Shown one piece after another: positions 1 through 13,797 of a DNA stretch of 64,000 bases; position 1 is the first letter of the stretch; each line of letters opens with the position of its first letter. The notes below the pieces were generated by a model. That model did no database searches. It saw only the letters and a program-made list of their open reading frames with translations, and was not told where the DNA came from. A program made the position numbers and the translations under genes. The stretch is from assembly GCF_001194135.2 (NCBI RefSeq), contig NC_068981.1, forward strand, positions 193,202,944 to 193,266,943, in the 5' to 3' direction. This DNA is from Octopus bimaculoides. Its lineage: Eukaryota.

Positions 1-103
1 CAGATTGTCTTAGCATATTTAATATTGTACGCATCATTCTTTCAGCCTTTTTTAGGCCCTTTAAAACTTAAAACTATATAATCAGCATTTTTTAACTCTA
101 AAA

Positions 104-138
<35 letters not shown>

Positions 139-627
139 ATTTTCCAAACTTTTTTTTTCTTTTCGTGAAAAGATGCCTCCCATCATTGTGAAAACTTTGG
201 TGAAAAACATTGGAAAAAATCCCTGTCAAAATGGAGAAATTCCAACTTATGTGGGCCATTTGATCTGAAACTCTGTTTTCCAAAAACTCCTCCCCACCAC
301 CCACTTCCAAAAATGTTGCCTACAAATTTCTTTGTAATCACAGTCTACACCATTTGAAAGGTATTTGAATAAAATTGCATTAAAAAATACCCATTTTCCA
401 GATCGTTATGAGGGGGAAAATGTTCAGTCCTTTGAATTTTCCAAAACTCCTCTCCGCAACCCCTCGGAAAATTTTTTCCAACAAATCTTTACATACATTC
501 AATCTACAGGATATAAGTGATTATTTGGTGAAAGTTAAGTTAAAAAGTATCCATTATTCTGGATCTTCTGAGGCAACAAAGTCGGTGGGGTATTCAACTG
601 TATTTATGCCTTGTTTCAATAAAAGTT

Positions 628-755
628 AGCATTAACGGATTAATGTTAACTTCTGTTATATTTTCAAAGAATTAATGGATTAACGAAGTTAACATTTTGG
701 TTAACGGATTAACGATTAATGACGTTAACTTTTCAATTAATGGTGCCCACCTCTG
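628..755 (-). mobile_element. End of a non-autonomous DNA transposon (hAT-like terminus) with subterminal repeats
   Basis: The minus strand starts CAGAGGTGGGCACC at 755, next to a (TA)n tract, followed by several TTAAC(G)GATTAA-like repeats. The partner TIR was not found. Confidence 0.35.
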
Positions 756-887
756 TATATGTATATATATATATATCTATATATATATATATATATATAT
801 TATGTAGAATCTATCTATCTATATATATATATGTGTAATTTTTTCCCATCAAATGCAGTGTTGAGCATTCATTCTCACTGTTCAATA

Positions 888-889
<2 letters not shown>

Positions 890-970
<81 letters not shown>
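890..970. repeat. (CT)n followed by (CA)n compound microsatellite
   Basis: Directly visible; explains the SLSLSL/ERERER ORFs. Confidence 0.95.
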
Positions 971-972
<2 letters not shown>

Positions 973-1071
973 ATATGCATATATATTAAAATATACTGAG
1001 GAGGCGAGCCAGGGGAGGAAGTGTTGGTGGTGGTAGAAAGCCTTGGAAAATAATGGTATGTCTACATATGT

Positions 1072-1114
<43 letters not shown>

Positions 1115-2193
1115 CACACACACACATAAATACATAGCACATACCTAGACATACTATTATTCCCACTTCTTTCTGTCACCACCACCACCACCACCACCAC
1201 TCCCCATCACCTCAACATGTCCTAATTTCCTGAATCACATGTTCCCATATTCTGTACCCTTAACACTTATATCCACCACCACGCCTCTCTCTCCCCCCCT
1301 CTCCACCTCCCCATCTCTCTATGACCTAATCTGACACTGACATATTGCAACCAAACTGAATACCACCTCCTGAAGGAAGAGGAGAAGGGGGAGGCAGGGA
1401 AGGAATGAAGCCAAAGAAGACAGTGAGGGGGACGAAGGGGAAGCAGTTCATTGCTGATGTAGTTATTCAGTGTTTAGTACCCTTCCCATTTCCCCTATAT
1501 CAGTCATAGATGAATATACCTATGATCAAAGTGTGTTCCGGCTGTGACCACCATGTGTTACTTCCAGATGATATAGCTGAGACTGTTACCCAAATTGCTG
1601 TAACCTTCCTTTTCCGAAGATGGTAGATGGTCATTTGAGGTAAATTTGGGTGTTGTTTCTAGCATACTGAACAAACCACAGGGAGGCACCATTATTTACA
1701 TGTAGTATGTTGTTGGTTAGTAACATTGGGTATTGACTATGATAGAAGCCAGCTGCTGATGTCAAGTATCATGGGTTAAATGAAGGAACCACTTCATGGT
1801 TGCATCATCTGCTTCCAATAGTTGCCAAATATCCCTAATTCCACATCTTTGCAGCTTTAAAAATAGGCAGGATGTGTTGGACAAGGTGAGATGGCCATGG
1901 CTGCAGCATGTTTGTATAGTGACAATATTTATGATAGTATTGAGACCAGTGATGGAGGCAATGACAGTAGTCATGGTGATTATGATGACAACAATGACGA
2001 TGATGATGATGATGATGACGAATACCAGTCACACATACAGAAATAGTCCAAGAGAATTCTTCTTTGTTTTATAGTTTTACCAAATGAATTTTTTCTCTTT
2101 GTTGAAAAACAAAAAATTTCTGTCTGTCCTATATATATCATCAAATACAGCTGCTATGCCTAAAATAAGATGAAGAATACATTTGCAACTTAC

Positions 2194-2322
2194 TTTTGAA
2201 TCTGTGATGGCAGAAATTTGTTCAGCTTTTAAGTTTGGAGAAGGAAGTTCTGTACCAATGACAGCTAAATGGTTCAAAGAATTTTCTTGTTTTATCTCAG
2301 TTGCTCTTGCAAGGTCCAAACT
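2194..2322 (-). CDS. Probable internal coding exon (129 nt, phase 0-0): SLDLARATEIKQENSLNHLAVIGTELPSPNLKAEQISAITDSK
   Basis: Acceptor gtttttaccag|AGT, consensus donor AAA|GTAAGT, open frame, non-repetitive sequence. Confidence 0.55.
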
Positions 2323-2826
2323 CTGGTAAAAACTTGTAGGGGAAGGCAGGCAATTAATAATATATCATTACAAAAGACATCTGAATTTATTCAATTAGAA
2401 ATGGTTCAGAAATAGTAAATTTGCTGGAAAGTAATTCCAAGATTCTCTTCCTTTTTTCATTTTTTGCTTAACCTGATCCTTATTACCATATTTCAGGGCA
2501 TAAAAGACACATGGGCATAATAAACATGAGACATATTACACACATCTTAATTTCAGCCGTGTGTATTCATGAAAATAAGTTTTGGTGCATTAAAGTACAT
2601 GAGAGGCCCAACCTCGCATACAGGACATGGGGTAGTTGTTTTGACATATTTCTTTTTTTTTTTTTGAAAAATAAATGCTTCTTATATGTAACCAAATACG
2701 GAGTAAAGACAGTATCCTGAAGACTGGTCTTTCTCTTCTTGAGAGCTTGAAAATTCTTTATGCCTTAAAAACTCCTGGCCCTCTCTATATGCGCATATAC
2801 ATCATCATCATGGAAGGCATATATAT

Positions 2827-2933
2827 CATCATCATCATCATCATCATCATCATCGTTTAACGTCCGCTTTCCATGCTAGCATGGGTTGGACGATTTGACT
2901 GAGGACTGGTGAAACCGGATGGCAACACCAGGC

Positions 2934-2970
<37 letters not shown>

Positions 2971-3255
2971 AAGAATAGAAATTAATATTATCAAATAGTA
3001 TCAATTTCAACCAGTGGTCAGCATACATAAAAAACATCCGAGAACTGTGAATTATATATATATATATATATATATCATCATCATCATCGTCATCATTTAA
3101 CGTCCGCTTTCCATGTTAGCAAGGGTTGGACGATTTGACTGAGGACTGGTGGACCAGGAGGCGACACCAGGCTCCAATCTGATTTGGCAGAATTTCTACA
3201 GCTGGATCCCTTCCTAACGCCAACCACTCCGAGAGTGTAGTGGGTGCTTTTACAA
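2827..3255 (-). mobile_element. Two 5'-truncated RTE-type 3' tails ending in (GAT)n
   Basis: The motif (CAT)n-TTAACGTCCGCTTTCCATGCTAGCATGGGTTGGACG recurs many times in the window. At 49210-50090 and 38124-39031 it adjoins RTE ORF sequence. Confidence 0.8.
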
Positions 3256-3775
3256 CAGGTTTCTTTCAGCTTCTGTCTATCATATCCATGCTTCTAACAT
3301 TAAATGATGATGATAATGATGATGATTATATCCACTTACAAGGCTTTGGTCTGCCAAGGGTTGTAGCAGAAAACACTTGCCCAAGTTGCCATGCTGTGAA
3401 ACCATGTGATTGGGAAGGAAATCTCTTAGCCACATAGCTGTGCCATGTGTGTATGTTTACGCATGGTGTATACATAAAGCCACTCTCTTGGTGGCTGTAG
3501 CATCACAAGCTGCACAGTGACCTCATTAGTTGAAAGACCTCATTAAAAGAAAGCACCCAGTACCTTTGGCAAATATCATCTACAATAACTCTGACCTTGT
3601 GAGTGGATTTGATAGGTAGAAACTTAAAAAAGCCCATCATATATACACACACATACACTTGTGTGTGTGTGTGCGTGCATGTATGTGTATAATATGTACA
3701 ATGTATATATATAATATATATGTATCTATATAATATATATGATATATATATAATATATCTATGCAATATATATGG

Positions 3776-3822
<47 letters not shown>

Positions 3823-4074
3823 TATATTACACACACACACACATACATATTTGTATGTATGTATATTCTAGCATTCAATTATCTTACACTGTGGTTATTA
3901 ATGTTAAAAAATTGAATGTTAGGTACCTCAGAATGAATGAACATACAGATCTGTATTCTTGACATATAAAACACTTTAGGTTCATCTTCAGTGAAACACA
4001 GTTGCAAAGTATCTCAATCTCTTATGTAAGTAATAACATTAACACTAATACAATAAATAGGACTTCTTTAACAT

Positions 4075-4460
4075 AGGGTTATGGAATGTGTAACTGTAGG
4101 AACCATAACAAATGCCTCCTGGACAACTGTTGTCTAAGAAAGAATATATATGTCTGGTCAAAACACCTGAGAGAGTTTATTACTACATGGGTGCTTTTAC
4201 TATAAAATTCAAGGCCAGATTACACAATCACATTCACTTTCTTAAATGCAAAAGAAAAGAGAACTATTCATTATTTGCTAAATTCCTTAAGGGCCTCAAA
4301 GAGAAAAATGTTGACTACTCTGTTTTGTGGTCAATCATAGGTAGTGCTTGTCCATATAGGAAAGGTGGTAGGAGGTACAATTTGAGCCTGGGGAGGTGTT
4401 TAAACTACTCAATTGTAATTCTAACATAATTAACAAGCATAACGAACTGTCTACATTTAG
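4075..4460 (+). mobile_element. Penelope-like element remnant, GIY-YIG endonuclease region (frameshifted)
   Basis: CNCRNHNKC at about 4078, then ...YICLVKT...YYMGAFTIKFKARLHNH...LKEKNVDYSVLWSII...YRKGGRRYNLSL, and LINKHNEL at the end. This matches the PLE pattern CNC-x-CPL...IY...Y.G.T..FK.R..NH...W.I...C.LC. Confidence 0.75.
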
Positions 4461-5264
4461 TTTGAGGTTTTTAAATTTTCCACACAAAAATTCCACTTGA
4501 TTTACCTGAATATAAATATATAAATTCAATACCTAAGTTAACTTAGTCACTTCCTTCTTAATTTTGCTACTATGTAATATAATAAGTACTCTCTTCAAAA
4601 CTAATTTTTAATTTTTAACCTTACTCCCTAATTATTGCACTCAACATATTCAGTTTAATCTTTTTTCAATTGAATTTATTTTTATTTTATAGAATTCACT
4701 TTAATGGTTGTTAACCTGATTTTTCTAAAAAAGAAATAATAAAGTGAATTATTAGCTTATATCTTCTATATTATTTTGCACTTTTGAATTACAAGATAAT
4801 AAAAATAGATGAAAATATGTTTAATAATTCAAACATTATGCTAAAATCTATTCAGCAAAATGATAATATTTCAGTATTAGAATTACATGACATATGTTAA
4901 AGAAATGAAAATATTATAAAAATGGTAAATAAACAAAGAAATGATATGAGAAAAAGGTGTCGAAAGAATTCTGCATCATTTTATTTCATTTAAAAGGAAT
5001 CTTCATTGTTGTTTTAGAATTTAATTTTCCACATTTGTATGGCTCTGACGAAATATGTGGAAACAGATTTTCTATGGCTTGATGCCCATCCTGTCACCAA
5101 CCTTCACATGTTTTCAAGTGATGTAATATTTTTCCCATGAGCAGACATGTTTTTCATGAAGACTGGAGATGAACAAATTATTGGCAAAAGGGTAATGCTC
5201 ATTTACAATTATCACATGATGTCAAGACAAGGCGATACAAACACACACACACTCACAAACACAC

Positions 5265-5270
5265 GTATTA

Positions 5271-5323
<53 letters not shown>

Positions 5324-5392
5324 ATCATCATTATTATCATTATTATTATTATTATTATTATCATTATTATTATTATTATCATTATTATTATT
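5265..5392. repeat. (ATT/ATC)n microsatellite
   Basis: Directly visible; source of the poly-Ile ORF 5147-5533. Confidence 0.95.
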
Positions 5393-5429
5393 CATGGTAT
5401 GTGTGAATGCTTTACATTAGGAACCAATG

Positions 5430-5625
5430 TCCTTGATACCAGGTCACAACCAGTTTCCTTAGATATTGGGAACTTTTCTTACGATCCTTGTTCCCAAAAA
5501 GAGCAGATTTCAGAATTAATGCAACTCTCATAGTTTCGCTAATCTCAATAAGGGAACTGTTATGTCTGAAAGTGACGGTACCCAGAGCACCTATAACATC
5601 TGAGATTACTTTTGTAGAAACCCTC
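5430..5625 (-). mobile_element. 3' end of an R4-like (restriction-like endonuclease) LINE
   Basis: Minus strand gives VIGALGTV...KSALFG, the typical C-terminus of RLE LINEs. Confidence 0.55.
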
Positions 5626-5759
5626 CACAGTCTTTGTTGTTGTTGTTATTATTGAGTGAGAGAGCAGTACAGGCCATCGAAGTGACACTGGGGTACAAAT
5701 ATATGGAGCCCAATATACACATCAAGACCAGTTTCCTGGTTTTTATGTCCATATGCTAG

Positions 5760-6400
5760 ATTTCACTCAGATTCCAGTTGATGACATTAAGATTATATTA
5801 AACATCTGGTACTACCAGGGAGCTTATAGCTGCAATTCTATTCTGAGAGTTCAGCTCAGCATTTAGAACCATTCTGACACATCAATAATAATCTTTCCTG
5901 ATCTTCTCTTTCACTGATCCATGCTGAATCCCTTTCCCTTCATGTACCTCAAGATACTTATAAAAGCCTTCTTGATCCAGGTCCTTGATAGATGTATCAT
6001 GATCAAGGTGGGTCATGGTATTAGCTGTAAGTTTACCACATTTGAATGAAGCTTTTGCACACTTGTCAAGGCCAAATTCCATATTTATGTCATCACTGAA
6101 TTTTTTCCCAGTTATTAGTAGCCCTTCCAGATCCTTGTCATCTTTTGCATATCATTTCAGATCATCCATGTAGAGCAAGTGTGAGATAATCTTGTCAAAC
6201 ACTTTGTAACTGTGATTTGTTCTATTCAGCTCATGGAACAAGAGAATGAGAGAAAGACAAAAGAGGAAAAGGGAGAGTGAATTGCCCTGGAATATTTCCA
6301 CAGTTTATTTTGATGTTCTCTGATTCATATGAGCCTTTCTCATGATTGAGAAACAATTTTGTGTTTCACAGTCCCATACTGTGCTGTAGAAAACCTTTTA
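5760..6400 (-). mobile_element. R4-like LINE reverse-transcriptase fragment (degenerate)
   Basis: QGNSLSP-like motif, SHLLYMDDLK (YMDD catalytic motif) and MEFGLDKCAK...YKYL. Confidence 0.8.
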
Positions 6401-6452
6401 CAGAAGGAGAGGTCTTGTATATTTTTATATATTGTATATTATTATTATTATT

Positions 6453-6503
<51 letters not shown>

Positions 6504-6905
6504 ATTATTATTTATATAATATCATGTTATAGTCTCAATATAGTCAAATTACCAAATGGTTTCATGCTAGAAATGGAGAGTAGCCATTTCTGATATCATG
6601 AGACTATAATATGATATCCAGTAATAATAATAATATAGCCGTTCCATTACTTTATATATGAGTGCCTGTTTTTTCCTAATCATAGATTTTTAGACAATAC
6701 TATATATATGCATATGTGTGTGTATGACAGGATTCTTTCAGTTTCCATCAATGAATCTACTCATGAGGCTTTGGTTGGCCAAGGGCTTTTTTAGAAGCTG
6801 CTTGCTCAAAGTGTCAAGTTGTAGAAATGCATCTGAAATGACGTGGTTGGGAAGCAAACTTCTAAACCATAGGAATTGTTAGCATATATTACACAAGCAT
6901 CTGAA

Positions 6906-7760
6906 TCATATATTTATCTGGTTTGGGTATAACCTGTTGCCAAATGCTGGCACCAAAGTAATATCAGTCTGTGTTGTTTTGTGCAAACTTAAAATACTTT
7001 GATTACATTGAAAAAAATTTCTTTCACAAATTATCCTATTGGAATCTGTTAGATCAGTCTGGGAACTTTTTACATGGTTATGTTTTTGATTTTCCTCTGG
7101 TTTATTTGTGTTTAAATAAAGAAAAACTTCAGATCTGAAAGAAGTTTTGATATTTTCATATTTGTTATAATAACTTTTAGTTTTGCAGGAATCAAAGTCA
7201 TTGATTTCTTTGTTACAATTCTTTTGGTTATCTTTTTCGAAACTGGAAATATTTTTGATATTACTTGCAGATCTCTCAGAACTGCTGAAACTACTTAAGA
7301 AATCATGACCACAGTAATTGTGAGCTGCCACAGAATTAAGTTTCTCCTTATGAAATCTATTTCCAGAATGATTCCTACAGCTCACTTCTGAGCATGTTTT
7401 ACTGTGCTTGGAATTATTTGAAGAATTCTGAACAAAAACGGTGATGGATGTTGAATACCATGCTCTATTATGTATCTCATTGTTGCTATTGTTGTTTTGG
7501 AGTTGGTTACAGGTTTGGCTGTTCTGAGTTATCTCTCTGGAATTGTTGCCAGAGGAATAAACTGTAATATCATCTGTACCACAAGTAATATAAGGAGTTC
7601 CAACAGGTGTACATACACTCCTACAACAATTCTTATTAATTTCTGAACCATTTCTTTGACTTTCAGGGAGATAAGGAAAGTGATAGGAACAATATGAACC
7701 AGTGTTAGAAACTCTATTAGAAACAGAAGTGGCATCTGTGATATTATTATTATAATTATA

Positions 7761-7816
<56 letters not shown>

Positions 7817-9593
7817 TATTAGGCCAACATGGTTCTGATGGTAAGGGCAGTTGCTGATCATGCTCTAGAGACAGCTCTTCCATTACACACCTAAAGTTTG
7901 GAGAAACACATTGGAACAGAAGTGGATTCCTTCGTTGTATTTTCTCTGAAAATTTTCTCTCAGCGGAAGTCATCCGCTTCCTCTCAGAAATTTTCACCGA
8001 CTGAAGTTGTGTATTTCTACTGGAATAAATTTTGGGATTTCTAATTTTCTTTTCTTTATATCTAGTCTTGAGTATCTTGTTTCTGTCTATAGGAACATTG
8101 ATTATAGTTAAGGGAGAAGCAAGAGAAGATGAGAAGCTAGATGGTGAGTTCATCTTTTGGCAACTCAATAATAATCTTGGTCTTTTCTGACATAACACAT
8201 CCCTCTCTGGGGCCCCATCAGATGGAACTTTTGAGTCAAATGATTCAATGGAATTTGAACCTGGTCCAAAAATATCATCTGATTCAAAACTTTCTCTAAA
8301 TTTTTTTTCTATTGACCCTAAACACAATTTATTTCTTGGTAGAGTGACATTGGGTATTTCACTACATTCTTTATTAATTCTTTCCTTCGAATTAAATGTC
8401 TGAGTGGATGTATTTGGATTTATGTTAAATATTTCTTGATCTACATTATATGATTCCAATACCTTCCTATAGTTATCACAAGATTTAACTCCCCCACTAT
8501 TCACAACATTCACTTCAAAATTCATATCACATGTCTTCATCTCTTCAGTACTTGATTCACAAGGTTTCTTATCTTCTGACTGACTATTAATCTCAGAGTT
8601 TTTTTCATTGTCAGAAGTTTTTGTTATATCATAGACATCATTCATTCTGTTGTCAGGAGTTGTCAAAAATTGCCGTTGTTGCAGAGTTATCTGTTTGTTA
8701 TAAGAATCATCAAACTTCATGAAACATCTTTGCACTTCTTCAATTTCTTCATGGATGCTTTTTTGTTTGTAAAATATTCCTTTATCTTCAATAGACTTCT
8801 GATCAATTAGACAATTTTCTTCAAAATCTGATGTCTGTTCAATTAAGATATTCTTTAAATTTCGGTTTTGATTGTTGAATATCTCAGCTTCAGAACATTT
8901 TTTTTGTGCTGAGAACTGCTCTAAAGGTTGATTTCTGCCAATATCATTGCAAAAAGAATCAGTTTTATTTCCTTCTATAGAATTTTCATGGCAATTCTTT
9001 ATATTTCTTTGTTTATTATCATCATTATTCTCAATGACAGTTTCCATAGAATCTTGCATTGTCAGTGAGTCAAAGTTGAATCTTTTCAAACCATTCCTTT
9101 GCAACTTTGGTTTCTGTGATGTATAACAGATTCTGAGAAATCTTTCTGGTATTTTAGTAGCTGTATAGAACTCAACATTTGAGAGCATTTCTTCAGTGCT
9201 AACACTCATGGCATTATTCTTTGACTGAGAAATCAATGACAGATCATCTTCTATTCTTGATTCTCCAGGATTTCTTTGCTGGCTGCAATTATCAAAGCTT
9301 TCAATGCTCTCATTAAATATGTCATCTTTTATGGAATTTCCAAAAAGACTACTAGAGGGTGAGCTACATAATGAACTGGTTGACTCTTCCACATAGTTTC
9401 TTCGGAATGCTGAATTCAATATATTGTCATATCTCTGAAAATAGTTCTCTTCACTTACTGAGCTCTCAGTGGAACTGGAATTAGAACTGGAACTGGCTGA
9501 ATTATCATCATAATTAGAGGTTAATGAATATTTACGATCATCTGTTGCATATTTCTCATCAGAAGATGTAAGAGGAAATGCTTTTGAAGACAT
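6906..9593 (-). CDS. 895-codon uninterrupted ORF or giant exon encoding a Ser/Asn/Lys/Glu-rich, probably disordered region; product unidentified
   Basis: 2688 nt open in very AT-rich DNA with no transposon motifs. The ATG is in AAAATG context, with an in-frame TGA 11 codons upstream (9624-9626). A weak phase-0 donor TTG|GTGCCA at 6954 could join exon 2194-2322. Confidence 0.85.
7742..7820 (-). repeat. In-frame (AAT)n microsatellite encoding a poly-Asn tract
   Basis: Lies inside ORF 6906-9593 and preserves the frame. Confidence 0.9.
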
Positions 9594-11193
9594 TTTAAAG
9601 GTTTCTTTCGCAAGGCAATAATTTCAATAATTTCCAGTCTTCTTTGATAAAAGAATATTCCAAAAGGAGAGATTAAATGGTAATTTCCATCAAGATAGGA
9701 ACTGGTGTTCAGTCAGTGAGGAAACCCTTTTTTCGAAAATACACTGCATTAGTTTCAAATAATTCAGAAGATAATGAAGAATTTAATAAAATATTTCATT
9801 TTCGTATTTGGTTTGTAAGATTCTTGGCATGAAATCATGTGCTGAAACAGATTTTGTTATACCTTTGGAGGATTATTATGCCAATGATCACTACATACAC
9901 TGATTCAATTTCATTTTTTTCATTATTAAAATAACTTTCTCATTATGAAGCTGGTGTTTGAAACAAATTAAAATGATTTTTTGATGGATGGTTTTAATTT
10001 AGATCATTTCGAAATGGAATGTTTGTATCAAAGAATCAAGGGGTGGTCTCAGCTCAGTTGACATCAAAAGGGTTATACCATTTCTTTAATAAGAGATTCT
10101 TTATAAATAATTCTATTTTTCTTTTCAAAGAAGCATCAATCTTTAGAATGAATTATTATGCTTAATTTTTGAAATATTATTTATTGTAGTTTTACTGATA
10201 TTTCATATATAAAATTTATTGCAGCAGAAAAGTTTCAAAAGACTTAATTTGCTTGATTGAAATAAGGATTCTTTCCTGGCTAAAGTTCTAATATGATTCT
10301 AATGAAATACATTATGTGTCTTAATTAAATTTGAAAATAATCAACAATTTGATGGAATTTAGTAAAATGACTTTTTCATCATAAGACCATTGTTTGGAAT
10401 ATAGCAAAACCTTTCAAAATAAAATTAGGATGGATGGTTTGATTTAAAACATTTCTGTATTAAAGAACTAAAGGTAGGTTGGCATTAAAAAGGGCTAACC
10501 ATTTTGTTGAGAAAATGCAAATTCTGATATATTCTTCACAGATGTTGCCAATATATTAAAGTGTCGAAAAATAAATTGGGACATTATAGTAAAAGCTCAC
10601 ATTTCAAGGTAATGTGACTTAGGTATGTGTCCTCTGTTCCGTATCAGTAGACATAGCTGAATATTTCATTGTATATTGTGTTAAATGATGCCAATGTATA
10701 ATAGGTTAGTTGTATAATTAAGAAGATTCTCAATGTTTTACAGTTTCAGTTTCAGTTTTGACAGTTTGATGTCAATTAGTGACAATTAATGATACAGAGC
10801 TGGAAGTGGTGTGAAATCATTAGAATTATGAACTCATTAGCTATGTTAATGAGTATATCTCCAATCTACTTTATATTAGCATCACCTCACTGGATTTGGT
10901 GTTTGCGAACACAAACATCATTAAGTGAGTTTTTTTTTTTAGCGAAAGAGTGAGTTGTTGTCTCACATCTGGTCAACTCTTGATCCAGCAGACTTATGAT
11001 CAGAGACATTCCAGCCAGGACCATCCCATCTTTCCAGACATAACTTTATCTGATACTACACTATCCAATATGTCTTCTTTACTTTTTTTAAGGTAGCAGA
11101 TATTATTTGAGAGAGGTTGTTATATCTAGCATGTCAAGCAACCTTATATAGACTTTCTCAGTGACTTGAGAGCAATACTGTTGTTGTTGTTGC

Positions 11194-11224
<31 letters not shown>

Positions 11225-11649
11225 GCTGCTGCTGCTGCTGCTATTGTTGATGTTGTGTAGGTAGGATCTGAAAGAGATTTATTTACTATATCTAGCAAAT
11301 TGAGTGAAAATCTAGTGGCTCTCTCATTGTCTTGTGAAAGACTTTGTTATTGGAATCGGAATCATTTGAAAGAAAATCTATATATTTTTTCTTGTGTGAA
11401 AGACATTTCAGTATATCTTAATTAAAAATTACATATGTACTTGTTGTCATTAATGATCTTCAGTGTGTTAGTAATTAATATTCCAATACTGAAAGCAAAT
11501 CATCTTCATCTGTTGTTTTCTGAAACAAAAAAAACAGATTCTAAATTTATATGTGAGGAGATTTATGTTAGATATGAATGCAGAAAAAAAAGTACCCTAT
11601 TTTTCAAAATAGCAGACACATTTTTCTTGTAAAAATGTATACTTTGGAA

Positions 11650-12390
11650 ATTACAATTAGAGGTTGCTACAGACGTTTTTGAAAGGGATATTACTCAGCT
11701 CCAGTAGGAGGGACATATGTCTGACAGGTACCATTTGGTCGATGATGTCTTAGCATTTTTTTCCCTCTTCATGTGAAGCTATGGCACTGTGGATGATAGA
11801 GCATCGTGTGTTTGCCTACGACAGTTATGTGAAGAATGACGAGTCTGTCACAACAGTTCAGCATGAGTTTCGGCACCACTTCAGCATTCACTGAAATCAG
11901 GCTGTTTCCACCTGTAACACAGTCTTACGTTGGGTAAATGCCTTTCATACACAAGGTACACTAATGAACAGGAGACTTGTTGGGGCTCCATGAATGGTAC
12001 GGACCCCAGAAAATGTGGAACACGCCAGACAAGCTTTGATATGGAGCCCAAATTGCTTTGCTTGGAGGCATTCTACTGAACTTGGCATCGGCAATTGATT
12101 AGTAAGGCATATTTTGCATGAAGACCTGCATTTCTACCTGTACAAATTGGGCATTGGGCAACGATTGAAACCATGGGACTATGCACAGTGGCTTAACTTC
12201 ACACATCAGATGGAAGCAATTTTTGAGGCAAATGACAACCTTATTTTGTTAATGAGTGATGAAGCTCATTTTCATCTCATTGGCATGGTGAATCAACAGA
12301 ACTGTCATTATTGAGCTCTTGAAAATCTGAGAGGACTGTATGAAAGACCACTGCACAGCCCAAAAGTGATGGTCTGGTGTGCTGTTGGAA
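11650..12390 (+). mobile_element. Tc1/mariner-superfamily transposase remnant (rosa/maT-like), with stops and frameshifts
   Basis: MALWMIEHRVFAYDSYVKNDESVTTVQHEFRHHF... and MSDEAHFHLIGMVNQQNCHY...HSPKVMVWCAV. Confidence 0.8.
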
Positions 12391-12635
12391 TTAATGTACA
12401 AGTGGCTGAGCACTCCACAGACATATCTATCCTTAATGTAGTTTTCAGGGAGATTCAGCTTGATGCACAATGAAACAAGTCTGACCCTCTGAATTACAGG
12501 TACTACTCATTTTTGCCAGCTGAGTGTTTTGAAGCAATGTGAAATAAAGTGTCTTGCTCAAGGACAGAATGCATTGCCAGGAATCAAATTCATGGCCTTG
12601 GGATCATGAGTGGAATACCCTAATCACTTAGCCAT
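12390..12635 (+). mobile_element. SINE fragment (family with AAGTGGCTGAGCACTCCACAGACA motif)
   Basis: The same sequence recurs at 19720-19995 and 47700-47800. Confidence 0.65.
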
Positions 12636-13211
12636 GCACCTTCACAACAATAAAACCCAACAGCAAACCCCCAGGTATGTACTCATTGTCTGGTGGTTTC
12701 ATTCAAAGGTAGGTATGAACACTTCACTGGTTTACCTTCCAATTTTATCTGACCACAAGCATTTAGCATGTACCTGCCAGGTACTGCCTCATTGTGTGCA
12801 TGGGGCTTTGGTGAATAAAAGAAAATTTTTCCTAGAATTACAATTTCCAAAATTTAGGTGCATCTCCTATTCTGCAGCATCTACCATGGTACCAAATATG
12901 GCAAATTATAGACAAAGATTATTGAAGAATGGCTGAAATAATTTTGACTCACAACAGGTCTCATCTAATTTGTCTAAGAGAAATACTTAGCAGCCATTTT
13001 CAAATGAGTGTTACCTGGCAACATGCACCATGCTTTTGCTCAATGTTTTAGGTACCATGAGCAGACATAGATACCTTCTTCACTCTCTCACCCCAGATCC
13101 AGCAAAATCTCAAGGATATGATACCTACAGGGGAAGAGAGTGCTATACCACACCTTGTTGGTACCTGTTTTCAGATGAGTTTTGTGGAGTAACATGAAAT
13201 GAAGTGCCTTG

Positions 13212-13270
<59 letters not shown>

Positions 13271-13483
13271 TTGTAAAATAATATTGACTTGAAAAGTTGT
13301 TCAAGTTCTACAAGTAAAACAACCAATGAACTCCTTCATACAACATAACAGAATTTATGAAAAAATTTTTTTTTTCAAAAAACTTTAATCATATCNNNNN
13401 NNNNNATGAACTCCTTCATACAACATAACAGAATTTATGAAAAAATTTTTTTTTTCAAAAAACTTTAATCATATCTGCTGCTA

Positions 13484-13547
13484 TTGCCTCAGGTCAACCA
13501 AAGCCTTGAGAGTGGATTTAGTAGACAGAAACTGAAAGAGGCCCATC

Positions 13548-13583
<36 letters not shown>

Positions 13584-13797
13584 GTATATATTTGTGCATG
13601 TCTCTATGTTTGTGCCCCCACCTTCGCTTGACAACCAGTGTTGTTGTGTTTATGTCCCTGGAACTTAGTGGTTCGGCAAAAGAGACCGGTACAATAAGTA
13701 CTAGACTTACAAAGAATAAGTCCTGGGGTTGATTTATCCAACTAAAGGTGATGCTCTAGCATGGCTGCTGTCAAATGACTGAAATAAGTAAAAGAAT
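13484..13797 (+). mobile_element. tRNA-derived SINE, partial (body, internal microsatellite and tail)
   Basis: Matches the near-complete copy at 57636-58062. Confidence 0.75.

Noticed and set aside
7529-7861. 110-aa poly-Ile ORF overlapping the large ORF
   Set aside because: By-product of the (AAT)n tract; no independent coding signal.
13326-13475. Exact 70-bp direct repeat on both sides of a 10-N gap
   Set aside because: Typical scaffolding overlap artefact, not a biological repeat.
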